From contig OZ037770.1 in assembly GCA_964035545.1 (NCBI GenBank), forward strand, positions 6,954,729 to 7,018,728: a stretch of DNA of 64,000 bases, in the 5' to 3' direction. This document shows positions 1 to 8,569 of this stretch, one piece after another. Origin of the DNA: Bugula neritina (lineage: Eukaryota; Animalia; Bryozoa). The notes under the pieces were generated by a model. The model ran no database searches. It had not been told where the DNA came from and saw nothing but the letters and a program-made list of their open reading frames with translations. Position numbers and translations under genes: made by a program. Every line of letters begins with the position of its first letter. The first letter of the stretch is position 1.

Positions 1-876
1 GCATACGATATGGCAAAGTGTGTCTAGGGGGCTTGACTCCATATATGGCATATTTCCATATGTCTAGTAGTTCACTTAAACGCTCTTAAGTAAAGGAGAT
101 AAAATAGCCATAGTGCGATGATTTAAAGGAAAAAATTTAGAGCGTGTGGTTCAACTAGCTCCATGGCTCAACTAGCCCCACGCCCATGGGTATTATGAGA
201 TTTATATTATTATTATAATTATTAGTATTACTAATACTAGGTAGGCTAAATTGATAGATACTCGATATATACTGGTTTTCACCCCACCACAAAATGTTAT
301 ATAATGTTGAGGCTGCTTTAGCTCTCCTAATAAATTTAGTTCCACTATATTTGTAAAATTAGCTAAACCAAGTTCAAGACCATTTGTTTAATTCAATCCT
401 GGTTGTGATACTGTAAATCACTGTTGAAGTTGAGCCATTTTTTTTCGATCAATCCAAACTCCTCTTTTTGTTACTTATTTAAAAAAAACGGAAAATAGAA
501 GTATTTGATCTAAACTATTGCTATTTTTTGAAATTACTTTAATCTTTAGCAAAGCTACAATAATTGCTACATAAACCACATCCAATTATATATGATTTTA
601 TGTGGCTAACCGCAACTGTTGTTTTTATTTTTATGATTGTGTAAAGCTACCGTCACGAGGCTTTTAACAAGATTGTAGAACTGAAGCCCTTTTTTTGTTG
701 TGTTTTGAAAGCCAATTCTAGCTGCAGATTTTTTTCTGTAGCTGCAAAACTGCAGTCATGACATTACTCTAACCATAGTTTCAATCATAAAGAATGTGAC
801 TATGACTTGAATAAATTTTTAGTTTTTGCCCTTGAAACTTAAAAAACATTTGACCTACCTACTATGGGGACGGAGC

Positions 877-968
877 AATATTCCGAAGGTGTACTGCTTC
901 GAAGGCCTATTGTTCTAAAGGTGCATTGTTCTAAAGGTGCATTAGTCTGAAGGTGCATTGATCCGAAA
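877..968. repeat. ~6 copies of a 16-bp minisatellite (consensus ~ATTGTTCCGAAGGTGC), probably subterminal repeats of a truncated non-autonomous DNA transposon
   Basis: AAGG cores at 886, 902, 918, 934 and 950 plus AA at 966 give an exact 16-bp period. Preceded by GGGGACGGAG. Confidence 0.75.
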
Positions 969-989
969 TTTAGTAGACACATGATTATA

Positions 990-1190
990 TCACTGAGATG
1001 TCATAAATTTACCTCACAATCTTGCTATATTTTTGCTAGCTGTGGTTGGCATGCACGTTGCCTACTTGTGATTGTTTAGCCTGAGATTACTTTATGAGGC
1101 TGCCTCAATTAGGACTGCATCATATATCAGCATTCCGTTGTGGCTGCTCCATAAACTAAGTACACGGCAAGTTATTCATTATGACTAGCA
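990..1190 (+). mobile_element. Old diverged internal fragment of the CACAG-MITE family
   Basis: GGCATGCACGTTGCCTACTTGTGATTGTTTAGCCTGAGATTA and CATAAACTAAGTACACGGCAAGTTATTCATTAT align with GGCATGCGTGTTGCCTACTTGTAATTGTTTAGCCTAAGATTA and CATAAACAAAGTACAAAGCAAGCTATTCATTAT of the copy at 40485-41240. No TIR is retained. Confidence 0.75.
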
Positions 1191-1255
1191 TGAAGTTGAG
1201 ATATTGATAATCACCCAACTGTTAAATTGACCGTAATAGTTTTATTTGAAGCTTT

Positions 1256-1563
1256 CCTGCGTATTTAATTTCAATTTAACTAGCAATTACTAACAGAGCT
1301 TGCGTACGATAACCTTTATTTAACTCGATAAACATAATTATAACAGTATGTCAAAACCACAATACATCAATCAACTATAAGCACATCTTACTACTACGAG
1401 CCCCTGCTCTCAACAACACATGGTTTCTGCTAGCTAACCCGCGAACAGTCACTTGACCGGAACCTTGCCTTCCGGTCCTTCTGATTGGATAGTAAAACAT
1501 AGTTATAAGTATTCCCATACAGGAGGGGATGAATCCATTATTATACTACATAATCTCATTACA
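1256..1563 (-). repeat. 3' LTR (homology to the 5' LTR stops ~37 bp short of the outer end)
   Basis: 308 bp matching 5790-6097 with 6 substitutions. Starts TGTAATG on the minus strand at 1563. Minus-strand AATAAA at 1315-1320. Confidence 0.93.
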
Positions 1564-1575
1564 CCGCCCCCACCA
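1564..1575 (-). other. Polypurine tract of the LTR element
   Basis: Minus-strand GGTGGGGGCGG directly abuts the TGT start of the 3' LTR. Confidence 0.7.
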
Positions 1576-1841
1576 GCAGAAAGCCCTATTTTCTGATAAA
1601 AAAAAAAACAGTATAATAATGCAAAAATAACATAAGTAAAGAAAACCCACAAAAAGAAAGAAGAGAAATATCAAATGTATGACATATATAAACACATAAG
1701 TAAGATAACGGATGGCCAGCGTACAACTGGCCAGCTATAAAGAGAGAGTCCTGGATCGTAGGTCATTAGCAGTCGAGCATTTACACGATCACAACGTAGT
1801 ATCCCGGGAACATGCGGGATGGAATTGCCAACTGCCAGCTC

Positions 1842-2399
1842 CTAGTTTTGCAGGGACTGGATCCGATGTCGTGCCTGCCGTGCACGTAGCCTACGCTTTA
1901 GGCGTCCTACTGAGCCCTTCAATTCACTAAGGCCCATTGTAGTACTGAGTAAGTCGGGGGCCAACTGGGTGAATTCATCCTGCAGCCGTAAGAGTCTTTC
2001 TTCGACAGTTGCTAGTCGGGTAGGCCTGGTTAGGGTTGGCGTCGCTTCTTCTGGCAAGTCTGATGCTTCCATGGGGGTATTGTTTAGCCGCGGTATGATT
2101 GCAGCGACCGTTTTCACCATAGGGGACTTCTGACGGGCGGCTGTTAGCAATGTATAAAATCCGGAGGATAATGCGGCCCAGGTTAAAGCCTTCTTGACCA
2201 CTGGTTTGACCGCTTCTAGGTATTGATCGCAGTTGTCCGCGTCTACTACATAGCCCTCGCCCGCGAAACAGTCCATCATATGAGCCAGGGCAGGGTATGG
2301 ATACACGTCGTGAAATCCACACGGACAGAAACGTAGCAGGAAGTGTGCATTCACATGCAGCCGTAGTCCTTGGTGCGAGGGAAGCTCTTTGTAACACAC
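1842..2399 (-). CDS. Extra ORF (ORF3) of the retroelement: C2H2-like plus CxC/H-x3-C zinc-finger motifs and a C-terminal coiled coil; 5' end probably disrupted
   Basis: 185 codons with no ATG start (begins GTG). Motifs (*HV)CYKELPSHQGLRLHVNAH and FCPCGFHDVYPYPALAHMMDC, then heptad-rich ERLLRLQDEFTQLAPDLLSTTMGLSELKGSVGRLKRRL. An in-frame TGA at 2405-2403 sits where the first Cys of CxxC is expected. Confidence 0.6.
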   Translation of the reverse strand: MCYKELPSHQGLRLHVNAHFLLRFCPCGFHDVYPYPALAHMMDCFAGEGYVVDADNCDQYLEAVKPVVKKALTWAALSSGFYTLLTAARQKSPMVKTVAAIIPRLNNTPMEASDLPEEATPTLTRPTRLATVEERLLRLQDEFTQLAPDLLSTTMGLSELKGSVGRLKRRLRARQARHRIQSLQN

Positions 2400-2856
2400 A
2401 TGTCAGGTATGTTGTGACCTACTCGGTCCCCAGGCTTCTTCAATTTGCCGTCCGTCCGTCCGTTGTCCATTTCCGGTCCGTTATCCAAGGAGGAGAGAGA
2501 GTGTAGATCCTGTGACCCAGAGTTGGTCGATCGAGTGTGATCTGCAAGAGTATAACAGTGTAAGAGGGTACACTGAGTACAACCGGCGTATACAGCCTGG
2601 TGGGTACTTAACTCAATTAGACACTCGTGAGACTCAGTTAATGAATAGTTGATCGAAAACACACACTACTGTAACAGACTGTTCAGTCTTAGAGTCAATG
2701 TGAATTCCCACCACTAAAAATCATTACCGAGTCTCCAGGTTATTCTATAATAGTTAAGCTGATTAATACAGTTTAGCCCTCGTACCAAAAACATAACTAA
2801 CCCACCTCTCGATTCTTGGCAAGCCATTGTGAATGAGAGTGGTATGTTTATGATTT

Positions 2857-4239
2857 CTACGTACGCCTACTCAAAGCTGTATTAATGTGATGAAAGAGCG
2901 AGCAGCGTGGTTGTGAAACGTGACTATGACTTATTACTTCCGGCGTATGAATCTTATTTGAATTTCCGCTGAGGCAAAAATTGATATTTTCGTGGTGCTC
3001 ACAACTCCCACGCTCTGCTCTCTTCCCCTCACGGCGCCTCGTAGGACGTTTGACCGCGCCCTGAACGGAACGTGGTAAATCCTTGCGATACGCGGAGCCT
3101 GGCTTAGGACACCGTTTGCGAGGTGTCGTCACTAACCAAGGCGGTTTACGCACCCGTGGACGGTCACGTCTCTCGGGTGGTGCTTCCAGCCAGTTTGTGA
3201 CAAATGGAGTTTTCCTCGCATCTCCGTTCGGAGCCTGGGGGAGTGTTGTCCTCAGCCATGGTGGTTTACGCACCCGTGGACGGTCACATCTCACAGGTGG
3301 TGCTTCCAGCCAATTTGTGACAAATGGAGCTTTCCCAGTACCTCCGCACGAAGCCCCTCCCTTGGGGGGTTTTTGCACTTCCAGGTCGGTTCCTGACCTA
3401 GGAAGTGGCGGTGGCGGCTTGCACGCTGACGGCGGTGAGCGCACTTCCCTGAACGGGTGTGGCTTTTCCTGCCTTGCCACTGCTTTGGGTTGCATCCTAG
3501 GCGGTTTGTCGACCAGGTTAGCAGTCTCCGTCTGCCCGGGTCTTTCTGCACTTTGCCTTCGCCGCCCTACTTCGTCAGTAGGGGGGCCGTGCTTACTGAC
3601 CCGGCAGACTCCGCACTGCCCAACTCTGCGTCGTACATCACGCTCCATGTGAGGCCAATACCACCAGAGTTGTAGTTCGGTGAACACCTGTTGGGCTCCC
3701 CCGTGAGCCTGCTGGTGTACCTCTTCTATCAACTCTCGGCGGATGGCGGCAGGACAGAGGGCCCTCTCCTGGTCTGGCTGGTGGTGGTTATCGGCCAAAG
3801 ATATGGTCAGTAGACCATCCGGCCCGATCCGCAGTGCGTTCCAACGTCGGCAGTACAGCTGCCACTCGGCGCAGCCCTGCTTCTGTTGTCTGTCACTGGG
3901 TCGTCGCCCTTCCCATTTCATTCGATAGACGTCGGCTACCACCGAGGTCTTTCCTTTCCGTGTCAGCTGGTTAGAGCTGCGGACAGGTGGGACGTTCGGG
4001 TGCGCGCTCTCTACAGCTCCCGGCTTGGAGGTACGGCCACCGTCTACCTGGCGGTGGACGGTGTCCCGGGAGTGGCCAGGCATAGTACAAGTACGTACTA
4101 CCGGCTCTTCTCCCGTTAGGGGATGGCCAAACTTATCGACACAGGCGAGCTTCCTGCCGCCCATAATCATCGCAGATTTACCAAAATCGATGCGACATCC
4201 ATGTCGTTGTAAGAATGGCGTCCTCCTGGAGTTGTCCAA
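2857..4239 (-). CDS. pol: Deleted pol remnant: protease C-terminus and linker fused in frame to the integrase zinc-binding (H2C2) domain and a Pro-rich tail
   Basis: PFLQRHGCRIDF (protease tail); IRRELIEEVHQQAHGG...WYWPHMERDVRRRVGQCGVC at ~3600-3760; RPGQTETANLVDKP as a degenerate integrase-core start. No YxDD or RNase H motifs. Confidence 0.8.
   Translation of the reverse strand: MDNSRRTPFLQRHGCRIDFGKSAMIMGGRKLACVDKFGHPLTGEEPVVRTCTMPGHSRDTVHRQVDGGRTSKPGAVESAHPNVPPVRSSNQLTRKGKTSVVADVYRMKWEGRRPSDRQQKQGCAEWQLYCRRWNALRIGPDGLLTISLADNHHQPDQERALCPAAIRRELIEEVHQQAHGGAQQVFTELQLWWYWPHMERDVRRRVGQCGVCRVSKHGPPTDEVGRRRQSAERPGQTETANLVDKPPRMQPKAVARQEKPHPFREVRSPPSACKPPPPLPRSGTDLEVQKPPKGGASCGGTGKAPFVTNWLEAPPVRCDRPRVRKPPWLRTTLPQAPNGDARKTPFVTNWLEAPPERRDRPRVRKPPWLVTTPRKRCPKPGSAYRKDLPRSVQGAVKRPTRRREGKRAERGSCEHHENINFCLSGNSNKIHTPEVISHSHVSQPRCSLFHHINTALSRRT
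3140..3329. repeat. ~70-bp direct repeat at 120-bp spacing inside the pol tail
   Basis: GGYGGTTTACGCACCCGTGGACGGTCAC...TTTGTGACAAATGGAG at ~3140-3209 and ~3260-3329; encodes PFVTNWLEAPP..DRPRVRKPPWL twice. Confidence 0.85.
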
Positions 4240-4834
4240 CTATGAACCTCTCCTGGATGGTCTGGTCACAGACGCTCCCAGGGAGTTCAATGATACCGTA
4301 GAAGGGGATGCACGACCCGTCTGCCAGGGTGCCATGATCGCCTTCATACGGTTCCAACCTGCTTCGGATCTGAGCACTGAGTGTGTCGAAGAATCGACGA
4401 CCCAGGAGGTTGGTGGTGCAGCCCGTGTCCAACAGAAACCTGGCAGGTTTGCCGGCTATCTGTCCTGGTAGAAACAGGCTGCTCTCGTGGGGATGTAGTG
4501 GTATCTTGGGTGACCTCATCTCCCTCGCCTTGGCGGAGGGGTTAGGTTCTTGACGACGACTCGGGACCAGCTGTCGAGGGGGTGGTGCCGCGCCTTGCTG
4601 CGTTTGGGCACCTCCCCTCGCAGACTCTGCGGTCCGTCGTTTGTCGAACCTGTTGCGGGGTGGCACCGAGAACACCGGCGGCGAGCGGCTTGTACAGCCT
4701 GTTTGCCGTCCTGGTGGCCGTTGCGCGAGGTCCCGGACGGGTGTCCGGCGTGGCGGACGCCACTGTGTCCTCCCTTGGGGTTTTAACGGCGGCCCGCCGG
4801 ATGTGGGAGCATCCGCGGGCCGTCGTAGTTTAAC
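4178..4834 (-). CDS. pro: Retroviral-type aspartic protease, in the -1 frame from gag; frameshifted near its C-terminus
   Basis: SSLFLPGQIAGKPARFLLDTGCTTNLL...GTLADGS...DAIL in ORF 4178..4885. Confidence 0.9.
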   Translation of the reverse strand, partial: VKLRRPADAPTSGGPPLKPQGRTQWRPPRRTPVRDLAQRPPGRQTGCTSRSPPVFSVPPRNRFDKRRTAESARGGAQTQQGAAPPPRQLVPSRRQEPNPSAKAREMRSPKIPLHPHESSLFLPGQIAGKPARFLLDTGCTTNLLGRRFFDTLSAQIRSRLEPYEGDHGTLADGSCIPFYGIIELPGSVCDQTIQERFIVGQLQEDAILTTTWMSHRFW

Positions 4835-5718
4835 CCTGGTTGAAGTCGGGGACAGTGTTTCTGGAAGTGTCCTGGTCTTCCGCACCCCCAGCAGGAGGAG
4901 TCCCCTCTACCAAGCGACTGCACCGGTGGCCCGTCAAGCTCACGGGTGGTGTCTAGCTGGCTTAGAGGGACCAAGGCAGAGACCAGTTCGGCTAGCATGT
5001 CGGTCATTTGTGCGACCTGTGATGCCACCGTCATCTGCGTCACTTTGGCCACCGCTGGAGTTTCCGCATGAGAAGCAGTAGGAGCAGCGGAGGGCTCCAT
5101 GTCCACCTGACGAGAAGTCACACGGCTCCGGTGCAGCTGGCTGGCCAGAAGGTAAGCCTCCCCTTCTGCCAGCGCACCTTCGACCGTGGTGACTCTCCTC
5201 GCCAAGAGTTGGTGATGGAGTCCCAAGTCGTTGATGGACTGCACGAAGGCATCATAGGTATACCTCTCACGGTTTACTTGCGGCAGATGGCGGAACGCAA
5301 TCTGCGCCAGTCTCATAACCGTGGTAGCGTGCTCTTGTAGCGGCGTGTGAGAATCACGCCGTAGTCTTTGAAGATGGGCCTGCGCATCCACAGCGGAGAT
5401 ACCAAAACGGGCTGGCAGGGAAGCAAAGATGCTGTCAATGTCTGGTCCCACTCCATACGGCTTGGCTTTGTCTGACAGCGCCATCCTGAGCTTGAGCAAT
5501 GCTATTCTAGGTGGCCATTGTGCAACCTCCATTACATCTTGGAATTCCTGAACGAATTGCTCCACCGGCTCTTCACCTGAGAAGGTGGGTACCCTCAGCC
5601 GGTACTTCTCTTCGTAACATTCCCTATGTACTCGCACTTCTGGTTCTATAGGTATAGCAAAGTTATCTTCCTCACCTTCATTCCTCCGAAGGGGTAGCTC
5701 TGTGCCTCTTTCTGTCAT
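4783..5718 (-). CDS. gag: Gypsy Gag (capsid plus one CCHC zinc knuckle), 311 aa, intact
   Basis: ATG ~15 nt after the PBS; capsid-like PTFSGEEPVEQFVQEF...W...LRMALSDKAK; knuckle CWGCGRPGHFQKHC. Confidence 0.92.
   Translation of the reverse strand: MTERGTELPLRRNEGEEDNFAIPIEPEVRVHRECYEEKYRLRVPTFSGEEPVEQFVQEFQDVMEVAQWPPRIALLKLRMALSDKAKPYGVGPDIDSIFASLPARFGISAVDAQAHLQRLRRDSHTPLQEHATTVMRLAQIAFRHLPQVNRERYTYDAFVQSINDLGLHHQLLARRVTTVEGALAEGEAYLLASQLHRSRVTSRQVDMEPSAAPTASHAETPAVAKVTQMTVASQVAQMTDMLAELVSALVPLSQLDTTRELDGPPVQSLGRGDSSCWGCGRPGHFQKHCPRLQPGLNYDGPRMLPHPAGRR
4790..4834 (-). promoter_or_regulatory. Programmed -1 ribosomal frameshift signal (gag to pro/pol)
   Basis: G_UUA_AAC heptamer at 4834-4828 in the gag frame, a 5-nt spacer, then hairpin CGGCCCGC-GGAUG/loop/CAUCC-G-GCGGGCCG at 4822-4790. 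The protease ORF is in the -1 frame. Confidence 0.85.
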
Positions 5719-5732
5719 CTTGAAATATGCAA

Positions 5733-5751
5733 AATCCCACCGCTGCCACCA
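5733..5751 (-). promoter_or_regulatory. Primer binding site complementary to the tRNA-Leu (AAG/TAG type) 3' end
   Basis: Minus-strand TGGTGGCAGCGGTGGGATT, 1 nt after the 5' LTR. The plus strand reads AATCCCACCGCTGCCA-CCA, the animal tRNA-Leu 3' terminus plus CCA. Confidence 0.9.
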
Positions 5752-5752
5752 C

Positions 5753-6097
5753 TGTTGTGAGTTTTAGCACAATTATCAAGCGTGGATTGCCTGCGTATTT
5801 AATTTCAATTCAACTAGCAATTACTAACAGAGCTTGCGTATGATAACCTTTATTTAACTCGATAAACATAATTATAACAGTATGTCAAAACCACAATACA
5901 TCAATCAACTATAAGCACATCTTACTACTACGAGCCCCTGCTCTCAACAACACATGGTTTCTGCTAGCTAACCCGCGAACAGTCACTTGACCGGAACCTT
6001 GCCTTCCGGTCCTTTTGATTGGATAGTAAAACATAGTTATAAGTATTCCCATACAGGAGGGGACGAATCCATTATTATACTACGTAATCCCATTACA
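5753..6097 (-). repeat. 5' LTR, 345 bp, TG...CA
   Basis: Minus strand TGTAATGGG...TCACAACA. Contains a CCAAT box (ATTGG 6018-6022), a GACCGGAA/TTCCGGTC inverted pair (5989-6011) and AATAAA. Confidence 0.95.
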
Positions 6098-6539
6098 ATA
6101 CCTATACTTATAGTATTCAATTCAAAGTGATACATCAAAACTATCAAGTGTTAAGGCTATCAATGACCAAGCTAGGCACTATCAATATCACTATGAGTAT
6201 GACTATAATTACAAATTTAAACTTGATGCTAAAATAATACTAGTTGTAGTTAGGCTATGTAGGCGTGAGCAGAGTGTCTAATTTGAGGTATTTTTATCCT
6301 TTAGTCCAAGATGAAATCACACAAATACTTTAATTTAAAACTCGGTTGTTTAAAAATTTTAATTTAGCGTCCGCCATAACCTTACGTTACGTTAATTAAT
6401 ATTATACTTGATAATGAATATCATTATGATGATCATGACGACACATAATGATAATCATAGTGATAAATAATTTTATAATAAAATATAATATTAATTGGTT
6501 TTAATTATATTTTTATCCTAAGGCCAAGGCTAATAGTAA

Positions 6540-6626
6540 TACTAATAGTAATGTAACAGTAATGCAATCACTATCACTGTAACTTACAGTGATAGTGATT
6601 GCATTACTGTTACATTACTATTAGTA
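6540..6626. repeat. Perfect 87-bp palindrome (43-bp arms, 1-nt spacer)
   Basis: TACTAATAGTAATGTAACAGTAATGCAATCACTATCACTGTAA - C - its exact reverse complement. Confidence 0.95.
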
Positions 6627-7227
6627 CAGTGTAAGACTAAGTGTAACTGTAAGTCAGTTAGTGTTAGTGTGTCACTATCAGTATCAATAATCTGAATCAT
6701 TGCACCAAAATAGTTCTCTCACCATTAATTTTAACGGCAGCACACAAATTTTGTGAGATTGCATATCAACTAAATAAAACTTAAGTTCTTGTTTTTAATT
6801 ATTAGGGGCAAAAGCGAAGGAAAATAAAATTTAAACAGGTCTGTTTGTCTCCGACTCTAGTCCAGTTATCAATCAAAATTGTAATGTTTCAATATAAACA
6901 ACGACTGCGTTGTTAATGTCTAACGTATGCCGGACTACTTAAACGGAAGTCAACTAAATCACAACTAAGATTGTAGCGAGTCGTTCTCGCCTTATAGCAC
7001 CTTCAGGTAGGATAACTCTATAGTGCCAGCTTGAATATTTATGATGTCCAGTGAACAAAATAATTATTTTTATTTTGCCACGAGCTCATCTCCTCCGACC
7101 AATCTCTTTTTTGAAGAAATCAAAATTTCATCTTTGCCCCAAATACAAATTACGTTCATCTCAGCTGTAAGGTAGCTTAGCACATCTTTAGCCGCTTATA
7201 GATCACCTTCTCCATACTCATGTAAGA

Positions 7228-7404
7228 TTAATGTACACGAAATCTGCTATAAGTAGTCATGAGTTGGGGTTGACTGAGTGCAGTACGTAGGTTGGGGTTT
7301 ATAGGTCCAACTATAACCGCCAACTAAAGAACCACAAACTACTGCGCTCATGACTCAGTCACTCTCAACTTAGACTGTTTATAGCAACTTTCAATGCACA
7401 TTAA
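7228..7404. mobile_element. Decayed fold-back/MITE-like element bounded by TTAA
   Basis: Left arm TTAATGTACACGAAATCTGCTATAAGTAGTCATGAGTTGGGGTTGACTGAGT versus reverse complement of the right arm TTAATGTGCATTGAAAGTTGCTATAAACAGTCTAAGTTGAGAGTGACTGAGT. Confidence 0.6.
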
Positions 7405-7849
7405 ATACTCTCTTTTATGAAGTTTTCTCCCCTTTTCGCAACCAAACTAATTTTATCTACATAGGTGCAATACTTATATCACATATGCTCAAATATAACA
7501 TTGATTTATTATGTTCATTTTGATAGAGTAGCTGTATGTAGTCTAGGGAATTTAGAGCGTTTATTGCCTAGTAAGTTCGAGGCCAACAAAGACCATTGAT
7601 GATGTTAGGAAGAGCATCCAGTCATAATTGCTCCTGTGCCCTATCTGAATAAGTCCTTAGCCCAGTTTAACAAAACCCCTTTACATCAGAGGTTTCTAAT
7701 AGGCGACTAATAACTTGCATTAGTTCTATTATGTTCATTTTGATTGATGCTACCATACATGAAAATGAAAATATGATATATTTGCTTATTTATGAATACA
7801 GATTTTATAAGAATAGGAATTTAATGGTAATTAACAAGCTTATGCATAA

Positions 7850-8560
7850 CCTTATTGATTTTGAGTTTAGCATTTCTTGTTACTTTTTGAATTCTTTTGC
7901 ATTTTTTTGCACTTTTTATTCTTTTTTGAACTTTTTCGCACTTTGTTTATATGTTCTATAGCAGCTTTTAGCACAACTTAGCTCTTGATAATTTTTTTCA
8001 TATGTTTGCACTTTTGGCTTTTTCTTGCAGCTCAATCCTAACATTTTTTAACACTTTTTAATAGTAGGCTACATTTTAGCACTTGTTAGCACTTTTTTCA
8101 CAATTTTTAGTACTTTAGCCTTTTTTAGCACTTCTAAGCATTTTTTTAGCAACCTTCAACACTTTTAAGCACCTTGCCGCATCCTTCAGTATAGTTTAGT
8201 ATTATTTCGCACTTTGTGCAGCCTTTTAGTTTTCTAAGTGTCAATTTTTATTACTTTTTAGCACTTTTTTACTAATTTTTTTACTCTTTAGCAATTTTAG
8301 CGTTTTTCAACAGTTGTTATTGTTTTTTGTATTTATTAGCAATTTTCACACTTCTCATTACTTTATGTACTTTTTTGTATTTACTAGCAGTATTTAGCAC
8401 TTTTTAGTATGTTTAAGCACTTTATAGCAATTTTTGGCATTATGTAGCAATTTTTAAAACTTGGTTGTACCTTTTAGTACTTCTTACCACTTTTTAGCAG
8501 ACTTTAGCATTTCTTAGCTGCTTCTAGCTGCTTTCAGCACAGTTTTACACTTCTTAGCAT
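7850..8560 (-). repeat. Degenerate T-rich repeat (TTTTAGCAC-like)
   Basis: Recurrent TTTTAGCAC/TTTAGCA, the reverse complement of the GTGCTAAAA core of the 128-bp satellite. Confidence 0.65.
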
Positions 8561-8569
8561 TTTTTAGAA

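Larger units (their letters stand above)
1256..6097 (-). mobile_element. Non-autonomous Ty3/Gypsy LTR retrotransposon (gag, protease, integrase H2C2 domain and an extra ORF; lacks RT, RNase H and integrase core)
   Basis: Direct repeats at 1256-1563 and 5790-6097, TG...CA 5' LTR, tRNA-Leu PBS, G-rich PPT, CCHC gag, LLDTG protease, H-x3-H...C-x2-C integrase domain. Confidence 0.95.

Noticed and set aside
1712-5340. Antisense and alternative-frame ORFs within the retroelement (e.g. 3083-3652, 4025-4471, 1975-2397, 2351-2662)
   Set aside because: Shadows of GC-rich coding sequence with no motifs.
5733-5751. Possible tRNA-Leu gene
   Set aside because: Only the 3' 19 nt including CCA are present, next to the LTR, so this is a PBS.
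7731-7961. 76-aa F/I/L-rich ORF
   Set aside because: AT-rich low-complexity sequence running into the T-rich repeat; no coding evidence.
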